Source: a virus
Lineage: Duplodnaviria; Caudoviricetes
Strand: one strand, 5' to 3'
IMG/VR virus record: IMGVR_UViG_3300036805_000175
Coordinates: 12,654-76,653 of that record
Length of the DNA: 64,000 nt
In this document: piece after piece, positions 36,581 to 45,976 of the stretch
Layout of the letters: the number at the start of each line of letters is the position of its first letter
How positions within the stretch are numbered: position 1 is the first letter of the stretch
The notes under the pieces: generated by a model
Databases searched by the model: none
Told to the model about the DNA's origin: nothing
The model's input: only the letters and a program-made list of their open reading frames with translations
Program-made: the position numbers and the translations under genes

Positions 36581-38077
36581 ATGACAGGTTACCTCTGGGG
36601 CATCTACACACGCATCTCTGACGCCCGGCGCGATAAGCGCGAAGGCGCGGACCGGGGTGTCGCACGGCAGGAGAAGGAGGTCCGGGAACGGATCACCGAG
36701 ATTGACCCGGCCGCTGTGGTCGTGGCCGTCTTCACCGACAATGACAAGTCAGCCTACAGCGGCAAGCCGCGCCCGGCCTATGACGCGCTGCTCAGCGCCG
36801 TCCGCGAGGGCCGCGTTAACGCCATCTGCGCCTGGCACACCGACCGGCTGCACCGCTCCCCGGCCGAACTTGAGCACTACATCAACATTACGCAGGATGT
36901 GCCGACGTACACGGTGAAGGCCGGGATGCTCGACCTGTCCACCGCCTCGGGCCGGATGACCGCCCGCATCCTCGGAGCCGTCGCGCGGCACGAGTCCGAG
37001 CACAAGGCCGAGCGCATCCTGTCCAAGCACCGCGAGCTTGCTGCGGCGGGCAGGTCCACCGGGGGAGGGTTCCGGCCCTACGGCTACGTGCGCGTCTACG
37101 ACCGCCCGGAACTCCCGCACCGGATCATCCGCGAGGACATCGTCCCGGAGGAAGCGGAGATCATCCGCGAGTGCGCCCGGCGCATCCTCGGCGGAGAGGG
37201 CCTGTACACCGTCGTAAATGACCTGAACGCCCGCGGCATCCCCACTTCGGCCGGTGCCCGGTGGTCCACCAGGAGCCTGGCACGGATGCTCGCCTCGGCG
37301 CGCATCGCCGGGCAGCGCGAGCACCGGCCACGCGGCCGGGACGAGATCAAGCGCGCACTCACCGGCGAGGTCACCGCCACCGGCAAGTGGGCGCCCATCA
37401 TCTCCGTGCCCCAGTCCGAGGCCCTGCGGAACAAGCTCAATGACACAGAGCGCCGCACATCCCCGGGGCGCACGGGGCGCTACCTGTGCGCCGGGGGAGT
37501 GCTGGTGTGCGGCCAGTGCGGCAAGAAGCTGAGCGGGCGGTCGCGCGGCGCGGGGAAGGGGGCGATGTACAGCTGCGTCGGCCACCAGGGCGGGGAGCCG
37601 TGCTGCGGGCGCATCCACGTCGACGCCCCCGGTGCCGACTACGTGGTCACCGGGTGGGTGTCGGTGCGGCTGGCGCGCCCGGCCTACCGGGAATGGCTGG
37701 AGCGCCGCGACGACAAGCCGGACGAGAGCAAGCTGCGGGCCGAGCTCGACGAGGTCCGGGAGAAAGAGAAGGAACTGGCCGCCGACTGGGCGGAGGGCAG
37801 GATCGGCAGCGCGGAGCGGTTCAAGTCCCGCGACACGCTCGAGGCCAGGGCCGCCCGCATTCAGGCGCAGCTGTCCCGGGCCAGCGCCACGCTCGTGCTG
37901 GACGGCATCCCGCCGGGCCCGGCGGACCTGCAGGCGTGGCTGCTGGACGGCGCGGTGCCCGTGGCGCGGCGGCGCGCGGTCGTCCTCGCCGTGCTGGAGA
38001 AGGTCACCGTCTCACCCGCAGTCAAGGGGCGCGGGCGGTTCGACCCTGAGCGGCTGGACCCCCGGTGGAAGGCGTGA
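36581..38077 (+). CDS. int: Large serine integrase
   Basis: YTRIS catalytic Ser; DNDKSA; DRLHR; DLSTASGR; recombinase domain; CGQCG Zn-ribbon; coiled coil. Confidence 0.95.
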   Translation: MTGYLWGIYTRISDARRDKREGADRGVARQEKEVRERITEIDPAAVVVAVFTDNDKSAYSGKPRPAYDALLSAVREGRVNAICAWHTDRLHRSPAELEHYINITQDVPTYTVKAGMLDLSTASGRMTARILGAVARHESEHKAERILSKHRELAAAGRSTGGGFRPYGYVRVYDRPELPHRIIREDIVPEEAEIIRECARRILGGEGLYTVVNDLNARGIPTSAGARWSTRSLARMLASARIAGQREHRPRGRDEIKRALTGEVTATGKWAPIISVPQSEALRNKLNDTERRTSPGRTGRYLCAGGVLVCGQCGKKLSGRSRGAGKGAMYSCVGHQGGEPCCGRIHVDAPGADYVVTGWVSVRLARPAYREWLERRDDKPDESKLRAELDEVREKEKELAADWAEGRIGSAERFKSRDTLEARAARIQAQLSRASATLVLDGIPPGPADLQAWLLDGAVPVARRRAVVLAVLEKVTVSPAVKGRGRFDPERLDPRWKA

Positions 38078-38574
38078 ACACGGTGGACTCCTGGGAAGAC
38101 CGCCACCGCTCCGAGACGGCACTTTACCGCTACTACGACCGCGGCGGCTGCCTGCTGTACCTCGGGATCGCAGCGAACGCCCGGGCGCGGATGTTCCAGC
38201 ACGCGCTCTGCGCTCCGTGGTTCGCCCAGGCGGCAGCCGTGAGCACGGAATACTTCACCAGCAGGGAAGATGCGGCTGCCGCCGAGACCGCTGCCATCGG
38301 GCGCGAACTACCACTGTGGAACCGTACCGGGCCAGGAGGCAAGATCGTCCAGCAGTTGACGGCACTGTGGGCCGGGGCGCCGCTTAACCGCCGGGGCGAA
38401 GATGGGCGCCTGACCGAAGACGCGAGGCTTGACCTCGCGAACCGCGTCCGCAGGCGGCGGCAGTTCGCGCGGCATCTTGCCTGCGACTGGTGCGTATCGC
38501 ACATCGTGCACGAACTGGGCTCACAAGACTGGCGCGCTGTCGCGACCGAAGGTGGTGCACCACCCGGGCCATAG
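38074..38574 (+). CDS. GIY-YIG nuclease-family protein
   Basis: ALYRYY..LLYLGI..R..H..W..AETAAI..P.WN; GTGA overlap with int. Confidence 0.75.
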   Translation: MNTVDSWEDRHRSETALYRYYDRGGCLLYLGIAANARARMFQHALCAPWFAQAAAVSTEYFTSREDAAAAETAAIGRELPLWNRTGPGGKIVQQLTALWAGAPLNRRGEDGRLTEDARLDLANRVRRRRQFARHLACDWCVSHIVHELGSQDWRAVATEGGAPPGP

Positions 38575-38661
38575 GGAGGCCAGAACCACCGGGACATAAT
38601 CCCGATTGCCCCTTCCGCGCGCCTCCAGCCGGTAGAGGATAATGCACGTTATACTGGTGTC

Positions 38662-38934
38662 ATGCGGCGACTGCTTACCATCGACGGGCATGCCCGGAGA
38701 CTTGATGACGGATTCGAGAGTGACCTGAAGGTTGCAGTACCGGGCCGGTGGATCCGCGGTGGCCTCTTCTATGGCTCCGCGCCTGGTTCCCACATGATGG
38801 GCAGGCACATGGCATTCTGGCGGACCCAGTGGGGCGGCATGCATGGGTGGAACTTCCGCTTCGGCCGGTGGCCGGAGCCGTGCATCACCATGCTCCTGCA
38901 CACCCGGCCCACCCGCCAAGGCGAGCCACAATGA
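38662..38934 (+). CDS. Hypothetical protein (leaderless)
   Basis: TATACT at 38650-55, 6 nt before ATG; ATGA coupling to the next gene. Confidence 0.5.
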   Translation: MRRLLTIDGHARRLDDGFESDLKVAVPGRWIRGGLFYGSAPGSHMMGRHMAFWRTQWGGMHGWNFRFGRWPEPCITMLLHTRPTRQGEPQ

Positions 38935-39932
38935 CCGGTGCCAAACTCGTCCCCGTCCACCGGGCCGCATTCTGGCTCACCGCCGGACCCCGCGATGCGT
39001 CCCGTCTCGCCACCCTGACGGCCACGTGGCTGGCCCGCCGTGCGGAGAGCACCCAGCGCGAGTACCGCAAAGACCTCGGCCACTGGATGGACTGGTGCGA
39101 CCGCTGCGGAGTCTCGCCCTTGTCGGCGCGCATGGTGCACATGGACGCCTGGATCGCATGGCAGCGCCAGAACGGCATCAGCGGCAGCGGCAAGCCCGCG
39201 GCCGAGGCCAGCATCGCCCGCCGCGTCGCCTGCATCTCGTCCTGGTACAAGTACCTGATCCGCAACACGAAGGACGACCCGGCCCCGCTGGTGACCACCA
39301 ACCCGGCGGACACCGACGGGCGCCCTGACATCGACCCTGACAACTCCACGACGGTAGGGCTGAGTACTGCCGAGGCTGACCGGCTCATCGCTGCAGCGGA
39401 CACTGAGGGGCCGCGCACGTCGGCCCTGATCCGGCTGCTGCTCTACGGCGGCCTGCGGTGCGGGTCGGCCATCGGCGCGGACGTGGCCGACCTCGGGCAC
39501 GACTCCGGGTTCCGGATCCTGACGGTCCGGATGAAAGGCAGGAAGGTCCGGCGCGTGCCCATCCCGCCGTCGCTGGGCGATGCGCTCGACGCGATGCTCG
39601 CGGAGCGGGGGAACCCTGCCGGGGGGCCGCTGTTCGCCACCCGGACCGGTGAGCGCCTGGGTGAGCCGTACCTCTACGTGCTGGTGCAGCGGCTGGCCCG
39701 CACCGCGCGGATTCCCTCAGCCGGGAATCTCTCCCCGCACTCGCTGCGCCACACCTTCGCCACCGACTACCTGAACGCTGGCGGCAACCTGCGTGACCTC
39801 CAGGACGCGATGGGGCACGCCGACCCGCGGACCACCCGGCGCTATGACCGGTCGCGGCACAACCTCGACCGGCATCCGGCTCATGTGCTCGCCACGCGCT
39901 ACGGCGCACGGCCAGCCGAATCGAACGGCTGA
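38931..39932 (+). CDS. Tyrosine recombinase (XerC/D-like)
   Basis: GGLRCG (R), KGRK, HSLRH, MGHADPRTTRRY (H,Y). Confidence 0.92.
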   Translation: MTGAKLVPVHRAAFWLTAGPRDASRLATLTATWLARRAESTQREYRKDLGHWMDWCDRCGVSPLSARMVHMDAWIAWQRQNGISGSGKPAAEASIARRVACISSWYKYLIRNTKDDPAPLVTTNPADTDGRPDIDPDNSTTVGLSTAEADRLIAAADTEGPRTSALIRLLLYGGLRCGSAIGADVADLGHDSGFRILTVRMKGRKVRRVPIPPSLGDALDAMLAERGNPAGGPLFATRTGERLGEPYLYVLVQRLARTARIPSAGNLSPHSLRHTFATDYLNAGGNLRDLQDAMGHADPRTTRRYDRSRHNLDRHPAHVLATRYGARPAESNG

Positions 39933-39996
39933 ACCTACCCGCCCTCCCGGGACAGGAACTCCTGTGCCTGCGCCCACGCGATCTCCTGTGCCTCCG

Positions 39997-40299
39997 TCAG
40001 CCATCGGTGCTCCCCTCCCCCAGCAGGGCAGCCGAGACAGCCTCAACGGTCGGGCAGGGCCACTTGTAAGTGCATTCGGCGCACTTGGCCACCAGGATGC
40101 TTCCCGGCATTGAGTGGTGCAGCGCCAGAACTGCGTCAGCGACGGCAAGGAGCCGGGGCACGTCGGCAAGCGCAAGCTGATCCGAGGCAGACCGCCGGCT
40201 CGAAGCCCGTGCTGGATGAAGGTCCGGGCCGGGATCTGCGGCGACCTCATAGCGTTCCCGGATCCCGTCCAGGGCTGCGGTCACGTCTGCGTCAGGCAT
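39997..40299 (-). CDS. Hypothetical protein
   Basis: CAEC..WPCPT motif; coupled gene run. Confidence 0.6.
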   Translation of the reverse strand: MPDADVTAALDGIRERYEVAADPGPDLHPARASSRRSASDQLALADVPRLLAVADAVLALHHSMPGSILVAKCAECTYKWPCPTVEAVSAALLGEGSTDG

Positions 40300-40588
40300 C
40301 CTTCGTCTCCTCGTGCACTGCGGGGTATTCCAGGGTCAGGTGACGTTCGCTGGCCAGCACGGCACACGCCGGGCAGAGGACCGGGGTGCCCTCCCGCATC
40401 ACGATCACAACCGGCTGGACGCTGCGGACCCGCTTCGTGCAGATCGCGGCGAGCGGTGTCCCGATGCCGGTGAACCGGTGGCTGGGGCCGGGCCAGGACA
40501 TCGGCTCCAGCAGGGTGGGCGGGACCATGGCCACGTGGGTGATCTTGTAGCCGAAGCCGGATACGACGACAGGAATGGGGTCAGGCAT
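40292..40588 (-). CDS. Hypothetical protein
   Basis: Coupled gene run. Confidence 0.55.
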   Translation of the reverse strand: MPDPIPVVVSGFGYKITHVAMVPPTLLEPMSWPGPSHRFTGIGTPLAAICTKRVRSVQPVVIVMREGTPVLCPACAVLASERHLTLEYPAVHEETKDA

Positions 40589-41063
40589 CGGGCCGCTCTC
40601 CCAGGTACGCGCGGGCCACGGCGAGCGGGTACCTCTCCATCACCGGGTCGGACTGCGGGAACACCTGGGCATCGATCAGCGCGGCCTCGCGCTCCAGCCA
40701 GTCAGCGACGGCCAGGGCCACGGCAGGATGCCAGGAGGCGACGTGCTCGGCAGCCGGCCTGTAGGCCGTGCATCCCGCGAGACCCTCGCACACGCCGTCG
40801 ATGACGATGCCTTTGCCGTGCTCAAGCTGGCCACTCAGCGTGTTGCCGGCCTCGTCCTGCACAAAGCCAACGGCCCACGAACTATCCTTCTCCCCGGTCA
40901 TCTCCCATGCCCATGGCCCTGGCGCGATCTTCTCGGCGTGCTCCCTCATTAGCTTGGCCGCAGCCCTGAGTTCGGTTGCGGGGGTAACTGGATCAGCTCC
41001 TCGCTGTTCGGCACGAAAGGCGGCGGGACTGAACCCTCCTGGCCTGTTGTCGCGGTCAGTCAT
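40581..41063 (-). CDS. Ead/Ea22-like hypothetical protein
   Basis: APGPWAWE..HVASWHPAVALAVADWLE. Confidence 0.6.
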   Translation of the reverse strand: MTDRDNRPGGFSPAAFRAEQRGADPVTPATELRAAAKLMREHAEKIAPGPWAWEMTGEKDSSWAVGFVQDEAGNTLSGQLEHGKGIVIDGVCEGLAGCTAYRPAAEHVASWHPAVALAVADWLEREAALIDAQVFPQSDPVMERYPLAVARAYLGERPDA

Positions 41064-41307
41064 CGGGCTTCTCCCCCTCGGTGCGTTCTCCGGGCTCGTC
41101 GTAGTGCAGCGTGACCGTGATGGCCACCTCGTCACCGCTGGCGAGGTCGAACAGCATCTCGGGCAGGTGCCGGGCGCAGGTCTCGGCAGGACTCCAGCCT
41201 TCTACGGCGTCGCCGTCGGCGCGCTCCAGGCGGTAGCGGGAGCGATCGCCACACTCGGTCGGCCCGTCCATGTGCTCGACGTACATCTCGCAGCGTGGAA
41301 TGGCCAT
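41056..41307 (-). CDS. Hypothetical Cys protein
   Basis: Coupled gene run. Confidence 0.55.
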   Translation of the reverse strand: MAIPRCEMYVEHMDGPTECGDRSRYRLERADGDAVEGWSPAETCARHLPEMLFDLASGDEVAITVTLHYDEPGERTEGEKPDD

Positions 41308-41309
41308 CG

Positions 41310-41654
41310 CTACAGCCCCGGATCCGCGTCGCTGATGACGTGACCGCTGGCGTCTACGGCACCGGAGATGTCTGGCGTCTCGCGGAGCAGCCGGGATAGC
41401 GCGTGCTCGGGAGCCGGGGCGACCTCAATCTCTACGCTGTGACTGGCCGCGAACTTCTCCGCATGTGTGGTGCAGACATAGCGTTGCGACCAGGCCACCC
41501 GGCCGGCGCGCCCGGTCACGTAGTTGTAGTAGGTCGCGTGAGTCGCAGGCTCCTGGCATTTGCCGATGCGGCACTTCTCCCAGCCAAGCCGCTTGTTGCG
41601 GGCCATCTCGTCATCGGTGAGCGGGCGTACGGAGTGGCCCCAGGAACGGCTCAT
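41310..41654 (-). CDS. Hypothetical Zn-finger-like protein
   Basis: CRIGKC..CTTH; ATG at 41654 after GAGGAG. Confidence 0.55.
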   Translation of the reverse strand: MSRSWGHSVRPLTDDEMARNKRLGWEKCRIGKCQEPATHATYYNYVTGRAGRVAWSQRYVCTTHAEKFAASHSVEIEVAPAPEHALSRLLRETPDISGAVDASGHVISDADPGL

Positions 41655-41887
41655 CACTTCTCCTCGGTGCGCTTGTTCTCCAGGTCGGCCGCCGCATCCC
41701 CGCTGCCGATGTATCTGCGGCACTCCCCCGGGCTGGTGAAGAACGCGAGCGGCGAGGCGTGGTTGTCGTGCCAGACGGCGTACAGGCGGCGGCGCTGGCC
41801 CTCCCACAGGTCGTAGGTGAAGGGACCGATGCGGCCCCAGGTGCCACGGTCGCAGTCGGGGGGACGCTTGGTCAGGGTGGAGGTCAT
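41654..41887 (-). CDS. Hypothetical protein
   Basis: Coupled gene run. Confidence 0.55.
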   Translation of the reverse strand: MTSTLTKRPPDCDRGTWGRIGPFTYDLWEGQRRRLYAVWHDNHASPLAFFTSPGECRRYIGSGDAAADLENKRTEEK

Positions 41888-41890
41888 CGG

Positions 41891-42163
41891 TCAGTCCTCG
41901 TCGTCCGGGTAGCGGTAACCGGTGCATCGCTGCGCGCCGAGCCCGTGCGGCGGGTGATTGCCGGGGATAGAACAGTGGGCACGTTCCAGGCCGGCAGCGC
42001 GGCGAGCTTCGTCCTCGGTGGCGAACGTGCCGGCGTGGTGGCCGTCGTGGAAGGTGTGCCCGCAGTCGCAGTCACGGAAGGCGCCGAACAGGTCCGGGTA
42101 GCCCTCGGTGCCGGACAGGGCGCGCGTAACGTGCGCGGCACCCGGCGCGGTGGGGTCACTCAT
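41891..42163 (-). CDS. Hypothetical Cys/His protein
   Basis: Coupled gene run. Confidence 0.55.
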   Translation of the reverse strand: MSDPTAPGAAHVTRALSGTEGYPDLFGAFRDCDCGHTFHDGHHAGTFATEDEARRAAGLERAHCSIPGNHPPHGLGAQRCTGYRYPDDED

Positions 42164-42354
42164 CGCGGAACCTCGATTTCAAGCGGGGTGGCACGCCGCT
42201 CGGAGCCCTCCCCCGGACGGCAGGACACGCTGCCGCCCCGGACGTGGTACCAGGCGCCGGATGGCCCGGGGTTCTCGACCTTGAACAGCCTGCGCCGGCA
42301 GAGCTGGCAGATGACGATCCGCTTGGTGCGCTCGGTCCTGTCCGCAGTGTTCAT
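42160..42354 (-). CDS. Small Zn-ribbon protein
   Basis: CQLC..WYH..C; AGGAG RBS. Confidence 0.55.
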   Translation of the reverse strand: MNTADRTERTKRIVICQLCRRRLFKVENPGPSGAWYHVRGGSVSCRPGEGSERRATPLEIEVPR

Positions 42355-42471
42355 CTGTGCTCCTAGATTGCCGTTTACGTAAAGACACGATACCCTGGTG
42401 GCATGACGAACGCAACCCCGTCCGGGCAGGTGAGCACGGATACCTGTAAAGACGTGTGCGATGATCGGCCC

Positions 42472-42648
42472 ATGCCCCGGCCAGCGACAGGACAGACGCC
42501 CGTGCGCAACATCCGCGTGCCTGGCCGTATCTGGCGTGCTGCGCAGGAGAAAGCCAGCGCGGAGGGGCGCACGATGACCGATGTGCTCGTGGCCTACCTG
42601 CGGCGGTACATCTCCACTCCCCCGCGCAGGCGGGCTGGCGATGACTGA
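42472..42648 (+). CDS. Ribbon-helix-helix DNA-binding protein
   Basis: PVRNIRVPGRIWRAAQEKASAEGRTMTDVLVAYLRRY. Confidence 0.75.
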   Translation: MPRPATGQTPVRNIRVPGRIWRAAQEKASAEGRTMTDVLVAYLRRYISTPPRRRAGDD

Positions 42649-43159
42649 GCGTACGGCGGTCTACCGGCTGTTTGCGGAGGATGACTCGCTGCTCTACGTC
42701 GGGATCAGCGATAACTTCGGCAGGCGATGGAAGCAGCACGCGCATGCCCAGCCTTGGTGGCCGGGGGTCAAACGGCAAACGGTTGAATGGTTCGATACGC
42801 GCGAAGATGCAAGGGCGGCGGAGACGCGAGCTATCCACGATGAGTGCCCGACTCATAACTGGCAAGAAGTTCCGGCGTCTCTGCGGCAGCCTAAACCACC
42901 CCGGCCGCCACTCCCGCGCCCACCTGTGTGGACCGACTATGAGCGGGCGCAGGCCGTTGGCCAGATTCGCGACTTGCTGACGCGCCCCGACCTGTCGCAT
43001 GCAGCCACGCGCCTCATGGCGGCAAGCGTGCTCTCGACCGGCCGCGCCGAACTCCCGCGAGGTGCGCAACTGCGCCTCATTGCACGGAGTTGCGGGGTCA
43101 GTGTGGCCAATGCGTACAAGATCATTGCCGAACTTGACGGTCGGCGGCGCGCCGAGTAG
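42641..43159 (+). CDS. GIY-YIG nuclease-family protein with C-terminal HTH
   Basis: AVYRLF..LLYVGIS..RWKQH..WW..AETRAI..PTHN; C-terminal IARSCGVSVANAYKII. Confidence 0.8.
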   Translation: MTERTAVYRLFAEDDSLLYVGISDNFGRRWKQHAHAQPWWPGVKRQTVEWFDTREDARAAETRAIHDECPTHNWQEVPASLRQPKPPRPPLPRPPVWTDYERAQAVGQIRDLLTRPDLSHAATRLMAASVLSTGRAELPRGAQLRLIARSCGVSVANAYKIIAELDGRRRAE

Positions 43160-43170
43160 AGCGGGCATCA

Positions 43171-43470
43171 TCACAGCGTCGCCTCCTCGTTGATCCTGCG
43201 CCAGTTACGGCTACCCAGGTCGGTGAGACGCTCCCGGCCATCCGGCCACCGGGCCACGACCACCTGCGCTCCGACGAAAAGCAGCATGATGCGTGCGCGC
43301 CTCGTGTCTTCGTCGCCCTCCAGCACGGTCCCGGGTCCCCACTCGTTACGCCGCGCCCACTGAGCACTCCCGGGCCACCGGCAGGGATTGCAGCTAAAGT
43401 CGGCGGTGGCGGGGCAGCCCCACGCTGTGTGACGCTCGTGCCACTGGCGCACCCGGAGTGAATTGCTCAC
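43171..43470 (-). CDS. Hypothetical protein
   Basis: GTGA coupling. Confidence 0.5.
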   Translation of the reverse strand: MSNSLRVRQWHERHTAWGCPATADFSCNPCRWPGSAQWARRNEWGPGTVLEGDEDTRRARIMLLFVGAQVVVARWPDGRERLTDLGSRNWRRINEEATL

Positions 43471-43694
43471 CACATCGCCCCCTGCTCGTCGGCGATGCCA
43501 CGGCAGCCACGGCAAACCGAATCGCCCGGCCGCATCTCCTCCTCGGCAATGGGCACCCACAGCTCAGCCACCAGGAGCGGGAGCCCACACCGGGTGGCGC
43601 CATCGGACGGCTCGGGCTTCTCGCTGGCGGCCACGGCCGGATCCCGCAGGTGCAGGACAGTGACCACCTTCGAGGCTGGCGCGCAAAAAGTCAT
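43467..43694 (-). CDS. Small Zn-binding protein
   Basis: TRCG..VCRGC. Confidence 0.5.
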   Translation of the reverse strand: MTFCAPASKVVTVLHLRDPAVAASEKPEPSDGATRCGLPLLVAELWVPIAEEEMRPGDSVCRGCRGIADEQGAMW

Positions 43695-44050
43695 CTCGCC
43701 CCCTGTGGCTGCGGTTTGAACACCGGGCGCGGCCTGGCGGACTCGCGGACCTTGCGGACGAGAGCGTCACGAAGGGCCTTCGACTTCGCGCCGATGAGGG
43801 CGGCCACCTTGCGCCGCTTGCGGCGTCTCCACCACCAGACCGCAATCGCAGCGATGAGAGAGACGCCCGAGCCGGCAGCGGGCAGCCATGAGCGCTCCAG
43901 TACCAGCACGGCAGTACACACGATGGCGATGGCGATCCAGTCGGCCGTGAAGGTACGGGCCCGGATGGGCCACAGCCGGTAGAGCACCTGCCAGATCACG
44001 GCGGCACCTGGTGGCCACAGGACCAGCGCGGCAAACTTGAGCAAGATCAC
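43691..44050 (-). CDS. Membrane protein
   Basis: Three TM segments and a basic tail. Confidence 0.6.
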   Translation of the reverse strand: MILLKFAALVLWPPGAAVIWQVLYRLWPIRARTFTADWIAIAIVCTAVLVLERSWLPAAGSGVSLIAAIAVWWWRRRKRRKVAALIGAKSKALRDALVRKVRESARPRPVFKPQPQGAR

Positions 44051-44334
44051 GCCGCTCTCCTCGTCGCCGCGGTCCTGAACTTCGCCACCTCGGCCACCGA
44101 ATCCGGGGTCGCGGGCAGTCCCAGTGCCGCGTTCAGCAGGTCGGCCAGGATGATCGCCACCGCGTGCTTCTCGGGCACCGTCCGGGCGTTGCGGTGGAGC
44201 AGGATCGCTATCCCGGCCTGGTCGCGGGCGGCCACACAGCGGCGCAGGTCCAGCGCGGCCGGTCCCATCCGGACGGACAGGCGTTCCCGGGCGTTGGCGT
44301 GGTCCTCGGCGGCGTCACGGGCGAAGCGGTTCAT
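44047..44334 (-). CDS. Hypothetical protein
   Basis: GC3-rich; GTGA coupling. Confidence 0.5.
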   Translation of the reverse strand: MNRFARDAAEDHANARERLSVRMGPAALDLRRCVAARDQAGIAILLHRNARTVPEKHAVAIILADLLNAALGLPATPDSVAEVAKFRTAATRRAA

Positions 44335-44347
44335 CGCCAGTGGTGGC

Positions 44348-45031
44348 CTAGCCACGGGTGGCCTTCGGGGGATGTATGGGCGTGACGAAGTTGCTCGTGA
44401 CAGACCCACGAGTGCGGGCATAGAAGTCGGCCGCACGCTCAGTGGCGAAGGTGCCGTAGGTCTTACCGTCCGCGCCGAGCTTGACCACGTAGCCGCCGTG
44501 GCGCACTTGCAGGCCGGCCGTCTTGGCGACAGCCCGCAACAGTGCCGCCATCCGGGCCAGGGGCAGCGGCTGGGCTTCCCGCCTAGGCGCCTTCTTCACC
44601 GCAGTGAGCTTCCCGCCGCGCGGCACGAGCAGGCCCCAGCCTTCCGGCAGTTCATCATCACGCACGATGGACTTGTCGGCCGCCGCCAGCCACCAGTAGT
44701 TCGTGAACGGGACGAACTCCTCGGCCTTCCACGGGTCTTTCAGTTCACGCAGCCAGTCAGACCGGCTGACCTTGACCTCTACGCCGTGGATAGCGATATT
44801 GCTGCTCGCCCATGTGTCAACAGCTACGAAGTCGGCAGTGCGGCAGTCGAACCCCGCCTTGGCGCGGACGTGCTCGGCGCGGACATACCGGTCGGCCTGG
44901 ACGGCGCCGTTGTAGGACTGCTGGCCGAACCGCTTGTGGAGCAGGTCCAGCATCCCGCGCTCGGTCAACGTGATCGGCTTGGGCATCCCCTTGGAAGAGG
45001 TCTCGTCTTCGACGTCGAACAGCGGCTCCAT
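44348..45031 (-). CDS. MmcB-like PD-(D/E)xK nuclease
   Basis: ADFVAVD..HGVEVKVSRSDWLRELKDPWK..YWWLAA. Confidence 0.75.
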   Translation of the reverse strand: MEPLFDVEDETSSKGMPKPITLTERGMLDLLHKRFGQQSYNGAVQADRYVRAEHVRAKAGFDCRTADFVAVDTWASSNIAIHGVEVKVSRSDWLRELKDPWKAEEFVPFTNYWWLAAADKSIVRDDELPEGWGLLVPRGGKLTAVKKAPRREAQPLPLARMAALLRAVAKTAGLQVRHGGYVVKLGADGKTYGTFATERAADFYARTRGSVTSNFVTPIHPPKATRG

Positions 45032-45228
45032 CACGGCTTCCACTTCCCCACCCGCCGCGCTGTGGCCGCGTCTTCCCGGGCCTGGGCGTCACGCTCCCGC
45101 TGGAACATGTCTGGCTGGCCCTGGGATGCACGCTGCGGCTCCAGGATGGCGGCGGCTATCTCGTCAGCGACACGGAGGCGGTGCTGACGGAGCATGGCGG
45201 CTATCGCGGTGCGCTTGGCGCGGTTCAC
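45031..45228 (-). CDS. Hypothetical protein
   Basis: Coupled gene run. Confidence 0.5.
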   Translation of the reverse strand: MNRAKRTAIAAMLRQHRLRVADEIAAAILEPQRASQGQPDMFQRERDAQAREDAATARRVGKWKP

Positions 45229-45557
45229 GGCTGCTCCCGTATCAGGTCCGCGAACGGCCGGCCAGTCTGCACCAGGACGCTGCCCAGTCCCCCGCCAGGC
45301 GGGTGAGTGCGCCCGGCGCAGGTGGCATGAACAGACTCAGCGAGGGCAGCGATGCGCTCCCGCTCGGCCGCGCGGACCTTCGCCATCTCGGTGCACTCGT
45401 CGCCATGGTCCAGGACACTCTCGGCGCTGGTGCCGTGCAGATCGGCACTAGTGAGCTGGGCACCGCAGCCAGGGCAGGCCCAGACTTGCGTGTCGGTCCA
45501 GTGGAGCGGGATGCAGTCGCTGGGCGCGTCGGTCAGGGTGAGCAACTGGGTAATCAT
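45225..45557 (-). CDS. Hypothetical protein
   Basis: Coupled gene run; CPGC. Confidence 0.5.
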   Translation of the reverse strand: MITQLLTLTDAPSDCIPLHWTDTQVWACPGCGAQLTSADLHGTSAESVLDHGDECTEMAKVRAAERERIAALAESVHATCAGRTHPPGGGLGSVLVQTGRPFADLIREQP

Positions 45558-45976
45558 GGCGAGTCCTCGTGGTCCACGGTTACGTTGGCGCGCCGGTAGC
45601 GCTTCCGCTCGTCGGCGCGGATGATCGGCTCAGCGGCGAAGAGGGCGATGCGCGATGCGATGCGCCACCGGTCGCGCTCGAAGCGGCTCTCAGGCTGCGG
45701 GAGGTCGTCAAGCGCCGCGTCAACCGCATCGAGCACCCCGGGCGGCAAGGGCTTCGCATCCCTCAGATCGTCGCTGAGCCGTTTGGCTTCCCCGGGGTCC
45801 AGTTGTACAGGCTCAGCCTCAGGCTGACCGTGAGCGTTGCCCCGAGCCCAGATCCGGGCCAGGTTCGCCGCGTCCCGGTAGCAGAAGATGAAACTCTCCG
45901 TGCGCATGCCGTCCGCGAGGGAGTCGAAGTGCGCAGCGAGGGACAGGAGCGCCTCGCGGGCTGTGGGCTCGCTCAC
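45554..45976 (-). CDS. Hypothetical protein
   Basis: GTGA coupling. Confidence 0.55.
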   Translation of the reverse strand: MSEPTAREALLSLAAHFDSLADGMRTESFIFCYRDAANLARIWARGNAHGQPEAEPVQLDPGEAKRLSDDLRDAKPLPPGVLDAVDAALDDLPQPESRFERDRWRIASRIALFAAEPIIRADERKRYRRANVTVDHEDSP

